64,000 nt of DNA from Octopus sinensis (taxonomy: Eukaryota), in contig NC_043005.1 in NCBI RefSeq assembly GCF_006345805.1, positions 44,764,001 through 44,828,000 of the forward strand. Reading direction: 5' to 3'. The notes beneath the pieces are model-generated. The model ran no database searches and was not told the DNA's origin. It worked only from the letters and a program-made list of their open reading frames with translations. The translations under genes and the position numbers were made by a program. Shown here in pieces: positions 37,065 through 49,111 of the stretch. Numbering within the stretch: position 1 is the first letter of the stretch; every line of letters starts with the position of its first letter.

Positions 37065-38239
37065 TGAATGTATGTATGTATGTATGTATGTATGTCTTTT
37101 AAGTATTCTTTTTCATAAAGGTGCAATATTCAGTGATTTAAGCCTTAACTCATTTCATTACAAAATATGACTTCATTGTAGTAGCCATGTGTCATATAAG
37201 ACTATGCTTTACAGATGTCATAGCTGTGAGTTATGTAAAATTTTGATAGGAACAGTATTTTTAACATGAGAATATGCTCAAAAACGATTTTCAGGAATAT
37301 CACTGACTAGAAATTTTAAAATCTTTGTAATAAGTTAACAAAATAAGAAAAAAATAATTTGTATTCTAAGCAACATTTTCATTAATCCTTACTTCCAAAT
37401 TAAAATTCCTAATCCCAATAAATATTATGAAGAAAGGATTATCTCCCTTGTAATATCTGTCTGCTAGGGGGCACCACATTTGATTGTAAATATGTTTTTG
37501 CTTCATTTCTAAATTCAATATTTAATTTACAGCATGGTATACTTGGAATAATCATTTTTATAAAATATCAATAGCTGGGAAAGAGTAAAAGAGAGGACAG
37601 GAGGCAGCAGTAGTTGAAGTAAGGGAAAACATTAAGGGTAGCCAAAGTGTTTGCACAATATGCAGACTAATTGCTGTTGAAAAATATTAAAGTGTATTTC
37701 CAATGTATTTTATGGCAAGTAAACAATGTTTGTGTTTGGAATAAAGAAGTAGATACTTTATAGGATAAGATATATAAAATCCTTTTTTAAATTAAAATAT
37801 TTTATTTCATACACAAAGCATATTGAAATATTTTTATTTTCTCCAAAGTGGGTTGTGAGTGAAAAATGTTTATGTACAACTACTCTAAGAAGATGACTAT
37901 CTCAAGTAAATGGATTTCGTAGATCTTATGATATTGAAACAAGGAATAAATTCACTTCTTACAGATAGAATGAATAAAATTTTTAATATTTGAAGACATT
38001 TTATTATACTTAGTTTAATAACCCAATTTTACAATGCTTTGTTTTGAATCAATTCCCAAGACAATTGCTAATAAAATATACCCTGGAACAACATTGTTCC
38101 AGGGGTGTAGGGAATCTTTCACCTTCATTATAGGATTGATCCATCATACCCAGAATTTCGAGAGCTTTGTTTCAGTGAGTGTGTCAGGCTCACTTAAAGA
38201 CCTTATTATAATTTTGGCATGTTAATGATCACCTCTGTC

Positions 38240-38665
38240 TACGCTGCATCCTTTGTGTCTGATGGCATCACTTTGTCTCCAACAATTCAGTGCGACACCA
38301 GTGCAAAATCACTTCACTCTGACAAGTCATCCTAATGAGACGTCTGCATTGGCTGGGTCATGCCCTCTGTCGTCAACCAGGAGAATTCATCTACGAAGCA
38401 ATTGCCCCAGCTCCCCTTCAGATTTTGCGAAAACGATGTGGTGGACAATGAAAAACCTGGCTGATGGCAGTCAAGGCTGATCTGGAACCCAACCTAGGCC
38501 TCCATGTCTATGGCGTTCGCTGCTGGAATAAGGAGTGGTTGGAGATCACACTGTTGTTAGCCTCAAATCGCCAGGCCTGGTCAGCATTTGTGAGAGTTGC
38601 AGCATTGAGGATGAATGAACCCAGCTCAACCCACCCCGGGTGAATGCTGTCTCAAGACAAGACAT
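38240..38665 (+). mobile_element. RTE-clade LINE 3' end
   Basis: MRRLHWLGHALCRQ...GGQ*KTWLMAVKADLE...GVRCWNKEWL...ASNRQAWSAFVR, then stop and caagacaagac tail. Confidence 0.8.
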
Positions 38666-39717
38666 GTTAATGTATTTCTATTACTTTTAAATTGTTTATC
38701 ACTCTTCTATGAATATCTAGTACTCTGATCATATAGGAGAACTTTTAAGATCAATACCTTAGAATGTTTGACATGAGACTACTCATGATCAGGAAAATTG
38801 CAGAGAGATCTTCAATATTGTGGTTGATGTAATTGTTTTACCACCTCCTCCAAAACTGCTGATCGTTGCCAAAAAATTTGAAACCATTTAAAGTTATTAA
38901 AATTGTTTAAGCTAATTAGTCCAAAAGAAATATATTGAGTTTGTTGTTTAATTTACTCTCATGCTATATAATATACTGTTAATCAGAGATTATTGGTTCT
39001 GCACCACAGTAGCAACAGTAAGCCGTTACATCTCACTCAAGAGACAAGATGAGCAGTGCAGCATGGATGTGCAATGTGCATGATAGAATCATCTGACTCT
39101 GAGTGACAGCATTTGATTCAACAAAGCTCATGCCATTGTGTGGAGTTTTGTCATCCACATTAGTGGATGGCCCCAGGGTAGCTCTGGTGTCATGGTGGAA
39201 GGCACTGAAACACCTAAAGAGTTGCTTCACTGCCTGATGAGATGAAGAACTGCAGTACCGTTAGTACACAAATGTTTACCCTAAAGCTATCAAAATCTTC
39301 AGGTTTACGCCTACAGCATGTCCAAACATAACTAGTTTACAGAGAAGACCTAAAGAAAAACTTACAATTCAATTATCAAGACTACTGAAGCATAGTAGAT
39401 AGGCAGGTTTGTTGTTGCTATACTTCAACCCAAGGTTAGCATTGACTGAGTAGTGCTAGGATTAAAGGCAACCCAACCATGACCTCTTATTTTTGTATAT
39501 CTAGTACTACATTCTTTTTCTTGTGAACTAGTAAAGTCTGGTTTGCAGGAAATTTGATTGCTATAACTTTGGTTCAAGATTAGCAAAGTTTGAGGTATGT
39601 GGTCAAACATTTTCCATGGCAGAAAACAAAAAAAAAATTACTTCACGTTTTATTTTTTTTATTTATACATCTTCCCGTCATCTTCTTGTTCATTTTTCTT
39701 TGGTTATTTTTCCTTAC

Positions 39718-39796
39718 CCTATAACTGTACATATTTGAAGAGAAACCATTACGACTGATAGCTGCTTGAAGGAACAAAATGTTGTTATTTAACATT
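39718..39796 (-). CDS. Candidate exon of an unidentified gene (79 nt, MLNNNILFLQAAISRNGFSSNMYSYR)
   Basis: Minus strand gatttgttttattccag|AATGTTA...TATAGG|gtaagg: strong acceptor and donor, one open frame ending in phase 0; not repeat-like. Protein not recognised. Confidence 0.5.
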
Positions 39797-41195
39797 CTGG
39801 AATAAAACAAATCTTATTATTTCTATTAATCTTTCTGTTCTTGTGACATTTTCTCATAACTAAGAATACCTCTCCATAAATCATATTACAAAGCTAACAA
39901 CTATAATATTTCTAAAAAGTCAAACTAAGCATAACTTTCTATTTTCAGAGAAAACAAAAGTTTAATCAAAACACTTTGTTTTCTTTAAGTGTTATTTGCC
40001 TTATTCGAAGTTATGTTGCAATCCTGCTGATATTCTGGAATATTCTTTGTTTCTATTTCCATTTTAAACAAATTCGGAAAGATTCTTCTTCAATCTTTTA
40101 ACTTCTGATCAGTTCTCTGTTGAATACTATAATGTATCTAAAACAATAGGCCTCTGCAGTATAGATGCACATTTTATGAATTGACAAGGGAAGCTCTCAG
40201 GGGTTGCTTGATTTGCTAGAAATGGCAGACAAATATTTTTAAAATCACTACTTATCATACAAAAGATAAGATGGTCATGGATGGTATGCTCATTTATCAT
40301 AAATCTACTCATTTAGTTCTGATCTGGGACTAAATAATTATAGAATTTTTTATTTTAATTTTAGACCCAATTTCACCCTTGATTTCTGGCAAGTGTTTAA
40401 GAAAAAATTTAATAAATAAATATAAATTGCTTTTTTCTAAATTAAAAAATTCACCTATTTCAGATTCATTTATTCCATATTTTAGTAGAAACATTTCTGA
40501 ACCTCTTCAAGTTACTGACTTAACAGAACTCAGCAGCTTCAAATATTTGCCATGAACACATGCATTCTCACTGGCTTGAGGAAATGGGTTCTGTGCATTC
40601 TTATTGGCCTTGTGAAATGGGCTGTGTCCATATCAAAAGACAAGAAGATGAAGAACAACATAGTAGCTCATAACTAAAGAGAAATTATAATAAACAAGAA
40701 GCACGATATAATTCTTTTCTATTTTCTGAATTTCTGTGAGTTACTTTGCAGCTAGACAGCAAACTGGTAGAGTTCTTCTAAGGTATAGGACTGAAATCCT
40801 TTCAACATTTGATTTGAATTACTGCATTGAGTTCAAATCCTGCCGACTTCAACTTTGCCTCTATCTTTCAGGGTCACTAAAATAATGTGTGGTGGTTTGG
40901 AAGAAATGGTAGAATATCAGAAGAGGTACATTGTGTTTATTTGTTCTAGTTAAGATGACAAATTATCAGAATCCTCAGGATGTCAGACATGGTGCTTAGT
41001 ACCCATTCTTCCAGCTCTTTACATTCTGAGTTCCTTTTTCAGAGTTCCTTTATTGACCTTTTATCCTTTCAAGGTCAATAAAGTAAGTATCAGACAAATA
41101 CAGGGGTTGATGTAATCAACTAATTCCCTCCTATCTATAATAGCTAGCCTTGTGCCAAAATTTCGTTTAATATTTTTCCATTTTTTTTTTTTGTT

Positions 41196-41412
41196 GCATT
41201 GAAATTACTCTGTCAAATGTAATATTTATTTATTCATATTTTCAAAAATTAATCACGCATTATCTTGTAGCTTTGCAATATTGATGGTATGTTTGTTTAT
41301 TTTTAGAATGACATTGTAGGGTAAGTGTGAGTGATCAAATCTGGTCAGTTTGAATATAAGACAGATAGAATCTTTAGGCTTGATATGGCCAGTTTAAATA
41401 CTAAAGGGTTAA
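41196..41412. mobile_element. TTAA-bounded MITE, same family as 8221-8460
   Basis: Ends ...tttaaatactaaagggttaa. Confidence 0.55.
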
Positions 41413-41607
41413 ACTTAATTTGTTCTGGCTTTTTCAGTGAGATAAACTTAATTCATCTCATCTCCTGGTTTAACATCACCAGTTAGTCCTCAGATGCCAG
41501 TTGTAAGCCTTGGGGCTAGGTCTCTGATTTGGGGATTACACTTTCCTTTCCTCCCATTAGTCTTGGAGACCCTAAATAAACTAACAGGTCACGGGTACTA
41601 TCTTTAC

Positions 41608-41694
41608 CTTTCTGACTTAATATTTTTAAAAATCTGTTACAATTATGTAGAAATTTTGTACTGGATGTGAAGGTTTTAAAATCAAATATCTCCA
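41608..41694 (-). CDS. Weaker candidate exon (87 nt, EIFDFKTFTSSTKFLHNCNRFLKILSQK)
   Basis: ctgattttag|TGGAG...GAAAG|gtaaag; one open frame, phase 1-1; does not splice in frame directly to 39796. Confidence 0.25.
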
Positions 41695-41866
41695 CTAAAA
41701 TCAGCCGAAGCATGGAAAATATTTCTTCACCATAGATTGGAATCCAACAATCAAATAGATAAGAAAGCAGATTTTTTTTTTCATTTTGTAAGAAATAAAA
41801 ACAAGTCTGGTTTTGGTTACTGGTGGAAGAAAATATATATTTTGGATGAAGTCATTCATATTTTCA

Positions 41867-42082
41867 CTCTTTAGCATTCAGATTAATCCACCAAGTGTAA
41901 TGCTTATTTACTTTCATTGTTTTGAACTAATCAGGCATTTTCATATAGCATCTACGTTTTGACGATGTCATTGTTAATTTCTAGAGTGACTGTGTAAGGT
42001 AGGTGTGAGAGGTTGTTTGGTCATTTTGAACATAAAACAAGTAGAATATTTGGGTGACATATGACCCAGTTTAAATGGTTAA
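41867..42082. mobile_element. TTAA-bounded MITE, same family as 8221-8460
   Basis: ctctttagcattcagatta...cataaaacaagtagaatatttggg...agtttaaatggttaa. Confidence 0.55.
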
Positions 42083-42477
42083 TTCAGAGGTGCAGACATC
42101 TCATCCATAGACGAAGTTTCACTCCTAAAATTTAAGCTATCTGCTGACAAAATTTCTAAATAAAATCTCTTGAAAAATAGAGAAAATATGTTTAAACCTG
42201 AAAACCAATACAGTAATTTGATAAAAGTTACACACTTATGATTTAGCAAAATTACCAATTCGTTATTTTTTCTCAGCACATGTTATTGCATGCGTTTTTA
42301 TACATTTTTGTTAACAAGAGGGAGTGAAAAGTTTGCCCACTCCTGTTAAAATAAATCGGGAGATACACTTAAAAGATAAACTATTTTACAGGAAATTCTC
42401 AACTGATATTTCGTTTTTGGATTTGGTTTGCAAGATTCTTTATATGAGTTCGTGTGTTGAAGCATATTCTGTTGTGT

Positions 42478-42628
42478 CTGGGGAGAGTCATTTTCTTTTT
42501 GTGCCTTATAATGTAACACACTCAAGATGCAATGAAAATTTTAGGAAAATAAAAATAAGAAATAAGTGGAAACTTTACCGGTGAGTGTGTTACATTATAA
42601 GGCACAAAAAGAAAATTACTCTCCCCAG
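42478..42628. repeat. Inverted repeat, 47-bp arms, 57-nt loop
   Basis: 42478-42524 and 42582-42628 are reverse complements with one mismatch. Confidence 0.9.
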
Positions 42629-44543
42629 TCTCAACTGATAATTTTAACTTTTTCTCTATGTAAATATACCTAGTTCTTTTTTGTCTGTTTCCTAAAATAA
42701 AGGTTTTTGAGTGCAAACCATCACCTTGCCACTCACCTTCTTTGAATTGCAAATTATAACAGTTGTTGCTTAAGTGAAAAGACTTCCTCTTCTTTCCTAT
42801 CATCATCTAATATTTAGGGGATCCAGTCCTCTTCATTTTTGTCATATAAGTGTTATTTATGAAGGAAGTAAGCAGAGTCTGAGAGATTACTGATTATATT
42901 AATGAAAGGTTGTTATATAAAGTGTGTAGTGTTCCAAATCAAATAATTATTTCCAAGCAATTAAACCCTGATGAAAGTCTATTTGAACCTAGGTTTTGAC
43001 TTCAGAAATCAACAAACTTCAGATTGATCATTTGATGAAGCATAATGCAGAACACCTCACCCAAATATTTGATTTTATGCACTTAGCTCTAATTAAGTCC
43101 TAAATTCATACAATTACAAAACAATGCACCCATTTATATTATCTTTATTCTTGTTATTGTTTTTATCATTTTTATTATCATCATCATCATCATTAGCATC
43201 ACCAGCAATGACATTATTGTTGTTGTTATTAAAAATTGATCATTTTTATTCTGCAAAATGTCAGACAGACAAAGTTGAAATTAATTAGTTACTACATTTG
43301 AAATAAAATGTCCAAGTTGGGAGTAGAAAATGGAAAAATCTTCATTAAAATATGAGAATGAAATTTGTCTTTTGTTCTTTGATTTAGTTGTCTGAATCTC
43401 TGTGTGTATGTGTGTGTGTGTGTGTACATGTGCGTGTGTGTGTGTGCATGTGCATGTACATGTGTTTGTGCACACGTGTATGTGCGTGTATGCATGTGTA
43501 TGCTCATGTATATATGTGTACATGTGTGCGTATTCAATTAAATTTGCTGCTTGCTATATTTATAGGATGTAATAACTGTGCAGTGCTCTCTCTCTCTCTC
43601 TCTGTCTTTCACACACTCTCACTCACTCTCTCTCTCTGTCTCTCTTTCTCTCTCTCTCCTTCTCCATATATGGCTATTGTGCACTTCATTAATTTATCAG
43701 TCAGTCAGCTACTTAAGTTGTTTCTCTCATCTCTTTGTCTGATTTTTCCTCTTTCCCACCTTATATTTCTTTAGTTTCATTCCTAGCATTTGCTCTATGT
43801 TCCACTGCTCTTTATTAATCGTTCATTTCCCTTCGATCAGTCTATTAATAATATAATTTTTCTGTCAATTTCTCAATCTTTCTGATTTAATCCACTTATC
43901 AGTTCATCTTCCTCTTTCTTTCTTTCTTTCTTTCTTTCTTTCATTCTTTCTTTCTTTCTGTTTGTCTGTCATTCTTTCTTTCTTTCTTTTCTTTCTTTCT
44001 TTCTCCCAGCCCCACTCCCACTACTTCTACCCCCACCTCCTCACTCGCAATGATTGTCTGTCTGTAGAAACCAACTTCTGTTCATAAACAGATTCAAAAC
44101 ACTACATTGACGAGCAAGAAATAAATGTTTCATTAAACACTACCTAAATAATGACTGGTTTTAGCTTTGCCAGGTTAATTACAAACTATGTAAAGAAACA
44201 ATGATAAAGCGCTGCATTCTAGTGGATTAGCACAATGGATGGTGTAAGAAAGTTTGTGAGTTCAGTTCCTGGTAGGAACAGCAAGTTTGATGTAGATATG
44301 AAGAAACATTATAAATTGAAATATCAGTTTCGAATTTTGGCACAAAGCCAGCAATTTCGGGGAGGGAGGGAATAAGTCAATTACATCGACACCAATGTTC
44401 AATTAAAGTAAGTAATGGTATTAATAATAAGGAGAATGGAGATTTTTCACACCTGTAATTTGTTAATAGCTATTAAAGATGCTGTAAATAACTGTTATAT
44501 AAAATTGTGAATGTGAAAAATCTGTTCTCTTTATCATTATTGA

Positions 44544-44606
<63 letters not shown>

Positions 44607-44631
44607 TGTATATATATATGTGTGTGTGTGT

Positions 44632-44964
44632 GAAGACGCATGGCTCAGTGGTTAGAGCATCAAGTTTATGATTGCGAGGTTGTGAGTTCGAAACTGGACC
44701 AGGCTGCATGTTGTGTTCTTGAGTAAGGCACTTTATTTCACGTTGCTCCAGTTCACTCAGCTGTAGAAATGAGTTGTGACATCACAGGTGCCAAGCTGTA
44801 TCGGTCTTTGCCTTTCCCTTGGATAATACTAGTGGCATGGAGAGGGGAGGCCGGTATACATGGGCGACTGCTGCTCTTCCATAAACAATCTTGCCCTTGC
44901 TTGTACCTGGGAGGGTAGCTTTCCAGGTACAATCCCATGGTCAGTCATGGGCGAAGGAGGGGTG

Positions 44965-44967
<3 letters not shown>
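44632..44967 (+). mobile_element. SINE family B, full-length (tRNA-derived)
   Basis: A box tggctcagtggt, B box gttcgaaac, central domain cttgagtaaggcactttatttcacgttgctccagttcactcagctgtagaaatgagt, 3' caatcccatggtcagtcatg. Confidence 0.85.
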
Positions 44968-45022
<55 letters not shown>

Positions 45023-45059
45023 TATATATATATGTATGTACAAAGTTCTACAAGCATGA

Positions 45060-45350
45060 ATATATTCTGAACAATAACATAACCCCAAATTTAATCAATA
45101 AAAATTTCTCCAAAACACCCCTCCATCACAACCCACTCTACAGCCTAATTACCATTCAAATGAATGCCACAAACACCAGAAAAACTTTAACTCAAGAGAG
45201 ACTGTATAAAGCCAAGCTTAGCATCACAGTCTGATGATGTCTTAGCTGACAGAGACTTCTAAGATTCCATCAATATTATTTTTGTTAAATAATAAATTTG
45301 TACTCCACAAAAGTATGGAGTAACCCTTCAGATTAATGGAAAATTATTTT
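45060..45350 (+). mobile_element. Probable Penelope-like terminal fragment with decayed hammerhead core
   Basis: CTGATGA-tgtc-ttagct-gaca-GAGA at 45231-45255; stem III and cleavage triplet not intact. Confidence 0.35.
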
Positions 45351-45394
45351 TATCATAACTGAACATAAAAATAAACATTAATATATTTATATAT

Positions 45395-45435
<41 letters not shown>

Positions 45436-45474
45436 TATGCATATATAAATATAAATGTATGTGTGTGTGTATAT

Positions 45475-45685
45475 GTATATGTTTGTGTGTCTGTGTTTGT
45501 CCCCCCACCATTGCTTGACAACCGATGTTGGTGTGTTTACATACCCGTAACTTAGTGGTTCAGCAAAACAGACTGATAGAATAAGTACTAGGCTTACAAA
45601 TCATAAGACCTGGAGTCAATTTGTTTGACTAAAGGTGGTGCTCCAGTATGGCTGCAGTTAAATGAGTGAAACAAATAAAAGAATG
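45475..45685 (+). mobile_element. SINE family A, 3' half
   Basis: tgtttgtccccccaccattgcttgacaaccgatg...gaaacaaataaaag. Confidence 0.85.
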
Positions 45686-45687
45686 CA

Positions 45688-45723
<36 letters not shown>

Positions 45724-45749
45724 TACATATATATATATACATATATATG

Positions 45750-45793
<44 letters not shown>

Positions 45794-45797
45794 TTAG

Positions 45798-46013
45798 TAC
45801 AAGGGGTGCTGAAAAGTTGCTGTTTTGTGGTAAAAGAAAATGCAGGTGGGTGACTTAATTATGATTTTATTCAACCATATTTCCCACCCAGATATATATA
45901 CTTATTGAAGTGGTTCTTCAGTTTTTCTAAGCCCTGTATAAGAACTTTATCTCAACAGAGACTGTATAAAGCCAGGCCTTTCACAATACCCTTAAATCCA
46001 GCATCCTCTCATA
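45798..46013 (+). mobile_element. Tc1/mariner-type MITE
   Basis: Starts tacaaggggtgctgaaaagtt, ends ...cccttaaatccagcatcctctcata; opposite-orientation relative at 46723-46882. Confidence 0.55.
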
Positions 46014-46052
46014 TATTTAAAAGTTTTTGTAAAAAGTATTTGATACAATCAA

Positions 46053-46356
46053 AATATTTAAAGAAAGTCTTTTTAAAAATAATTATTAACTATTTTTAAA
46101 AAGTAATTTAAAGAACAGAATATCACTAAGCTTTGGGCAAGAAGTTTTCTTTTAGTACGTAAGTACTTTCAATATTCAACTTTTCAAACACAAAAGCCCA
46201 GAACACATGTGTTTGAAAAGCTGAACAAAAACAAGTACTTATACACAAAATACACACTTAATGAAAACTTCTTACCCAAATGTTGGTGACATTCTGGTTT
46301 TATAAATAATATTTAAAAATAGTTAATGACATTTAAAAAAAATCTTTCTTTAAATA
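46053..46356. mobile_element. ~300-bp imperfect palindrome (foldback MITE)
   Basis: Three nested complementary pairs: tttaaagaaag..ttaactattttta / taaaaatagttaa..ctttctttaaa; cagaatatcac..tttgggcaagaagttttc / gaaaacttcttacccaaa..gtgacattctg; ttcaacttttcaaacac / gtgtttgaaaagctgaa. Confidence 0.75.
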
Positions 46357-46722
46357 TATATGCGACAGGGTTCTTTTAGTAATAAAATCCATGCACAAGG
46401 CTTTGGTCAGCTAAGTTTTATACAGTGGGAATGAACACATATATAATAAAACAATATTTATATTTGTATCTTGGAAAAGTCATGATATATATATATATAT
46501 ATGTGGGAGCAGCTGTCTTTGAAGACTCATATTGTCATTGAATGCTCAAAAAGAGGAGTAGCTAGACAGCCGACAACTAATGAAGGGTCCTTTCTCCATG
46601 TTTACTTGTCCTGTTTTCCATTGTTTTCTCTCGTTGTTTATGTATTTAACTCATTTGTTCATGTATTTCATGTTTTTTGCACAGTTGGTGATGTCCTGTA
46701 TCCATATATGAATATATATATA

Positions 46723-46877
46723 TACAAGGGTGTGCCAAAAATTTTCCTGGCTTTAACATTAAAAGGCCTGTTTGGAGGACCAATCTTCTGAGAATTTTTA
46801 CAGGAGTTAGAAGAATGATGGACTACGGAAATAAGTGTGTGATTCTGAGAGTGCAATATGTTGAATAAAATCCTAAT

Positions 46878-46882
<5 letters not shown>
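46723..46882 (-). mobile_element. Tc1/mariner-type MITE, partial
   Basis: tacaagggtgtgccaaaa..ttcctggcttta...aggcctg...atatgttgaataaaatc.taattaac matches the reverse complement of parts of 45798-46013. Confidence 0.5.
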
Positions 46883-46921
<39 letters not shown>

Positions 46922-46992
46922 AACTCACATACACACTGATCCTCTTGTATTTTCTTTTCGGTGCCCACTCATACATAGATATATGAACATAC

Positions 46993-47409
46993 ATTATTAT
47001 TATTATTATGGCTGCCCCTCGTTATCGAGTATGGCCATTGCACGAAGCTTAACTGTTATTGGTGCTGTGATCAAATGTGGCTTTTTAGCCCAGCTAAAGA
47101 CTACAATGTCTTGTACAGAATTGGCAACTAAAACCTTTACCGATAATAGCCGGCTGTAGTTGTAACTGGACTTCATGTACCTTTGCATGTCGTTTAAGCC
47201 CTCCTGCTGAATTACACTCTCTTCCACATGCCCAACAAATATGATTAGTATAGTGTGTTACACCACCACCAGTGGCCAGGTTGTCACTCATCTGTCCCGC
47301 TTTATGACTACGAAGATGACTCTTGAGTCCAGCTTTACTGTGGCAGGGTGTGTACAGACACTGCATGTCAGCATCATAGGAAGACCCTTCCCATCTAAAA
47401 GATTGAATG
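46993..47409 (-). mobile_element. 3' fragment of the zinc-finger RTE family (fingers plus (TAA)n tail)
   Basis: Colinear with 26323-26725: CSVCTHP/CHSKAGLKSHLRSH, CWACGRECNSAGGLKRHAKVH, CQFCTRHCS...; tail ggcagccataataataat. Confidence 0.9.
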
Positions 47410-47693
47410 TTGATGAACATACATACATACATACATACATACATGCATGCATACATACATACATACATAAATATATACATACGTGCATATATACATGCAT
47501 ACTTACATACATACATACATACACACACACATTCATACATACATACATGCATACATACATGCATACATACATACATACATGCATGCATGCATACATGCAT
47601 ACATACATACATACATACATACACACACACATTCATACATACATACATACATACATATACACACACACATTCATACATACATACATACATACA

Positions 47694-47725
<32 letters not shown>
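47410..47725. repeat. (CATA)n compound microsatellite
   Basis: Direct reading. Confidence 0.95.
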
Positions 47726-47728
<3 letters not shown>

Positions 47729-47889
47729 GTTCTTGTTTCCTGTTTTTCCCATATTTCCTAATAGTTTACTTACAATTTTTAATATTTGTTAAGATGGACA
47801 TACACATTGAAACCAGTAATATTTTATAAAAGTCAATTAATGTAACAAATATAAAAATACCCTGTCTGAATTAAAGTGAAAAAGAAGTA

Positions 47890-48815
47890 AAAAAATTTTT
47901 AACCATACTTTCTTGCTGTTTACACTTTCACATTTGAAATATACTTATGAATTTACACAGTTGGTTAATTTCAAAAACATTTTTTGAAATAATAAACAGC
48001 ATCCCTGGATCAATCAAATTTAGTATGAAAATGAATGAAAGGGAAGTCCCCTTCCTAGATATCTTAATAATTAAAGAAAATGAGATTATAACAACTGACC
48101 TCTATTACAAAAACATGGACACACACCAATATTTAGACTTTAGATCTTGCCATTCTTCCCATACAAAAAGGAACATACCCTTAAAATGGCAAGACAAATA
48201 TGCACAGTAGTTTCAGAGACAAATAGAAGAGAAGATGACTTGCAGAACTTAACTTGTTCCTTAAAAAACAAAAATACCCCACCAAACTAATAGACCAAGC
48301 GATAACTGAAGCTAAAAATATTCCAATCTCTACAATAAGAAGAAAAAAAAATCACACAGGATAAACGGAGAAATGAACATAAAAATATCCCATTTATTAT
48401 CACACACAATCCCGAAAACCACAATATTCTACAAACAGCCAAAGACCTTCTACCAATTCCACACCAGTTCCCATGTCTCCAACAAATAATCAACAGTCGA
48501 AGGCAACCACCAAACCTTAAAGAAACTTCCAACCAAAGCAAGATTCACATCAGTGGAAGAAATGATGCAAGTTACCAAATGTGAAGACCCCCAATGTGGG
48601 ACATGTGATTCAATAGAATAGAGACCAGCCAAAAAATTCAAGAATGGAAAAAGAATTAAAGGTAAATGCAAATATGAACTGCAAAAGCAAAACCCTCATA
48701 TATTGTATCTCATGCCCACGATGCAATGAACATTATATTGGGGAAATGTGAACGAAATTAACCAATTGTGTAAATGTGCATAGACATCAAATAAGACATC
48801 CCACACTTAGATGCA
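47890..48815 (+). pseudogene. Penelope-like element: RT C-terminus plus GIY-YIG endonuclease
   Basis: SIKFSM...VPFLDILIIKEN...TDLYYKNMDTHQYLDFRSCHSSHTKRNIP; KCEDPQCGTC; LIYCISCPRCNEHYIGE (48695-48745); frameshifted. Confidence 0.88.
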
Positions 48816-49080
48816 TACCTTGAAGACAAAAGAAGTATATTTCATAAGATTTCGCAGTTCGAAACTAAACCAGAAATAGTCAACAACAATTTTACTGAAA
48901 ACAACTTTCACTATATATAATAAGACTTGCTTGAAAATGTTAAGAACTGAAAGTGCTTGCATATATATAAAAGCAAAGCCTACACACATTTTGTGAAATT
49001 TCTTCCCAAAGGTTAGTGTCTTTTGACTATCTAAAATAGTTCGTTTCTCAATCTTCACTCTTTGAGAAAAAAATCTCTCC

Positions 49081-49111
<31 letters not shown>

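Noticed and set aside
42966-43035. CTGATGA...GAAA hammerhead-like string
   Set aside because: Two extra bases before GAAA and stem I does not pair; likely chance.
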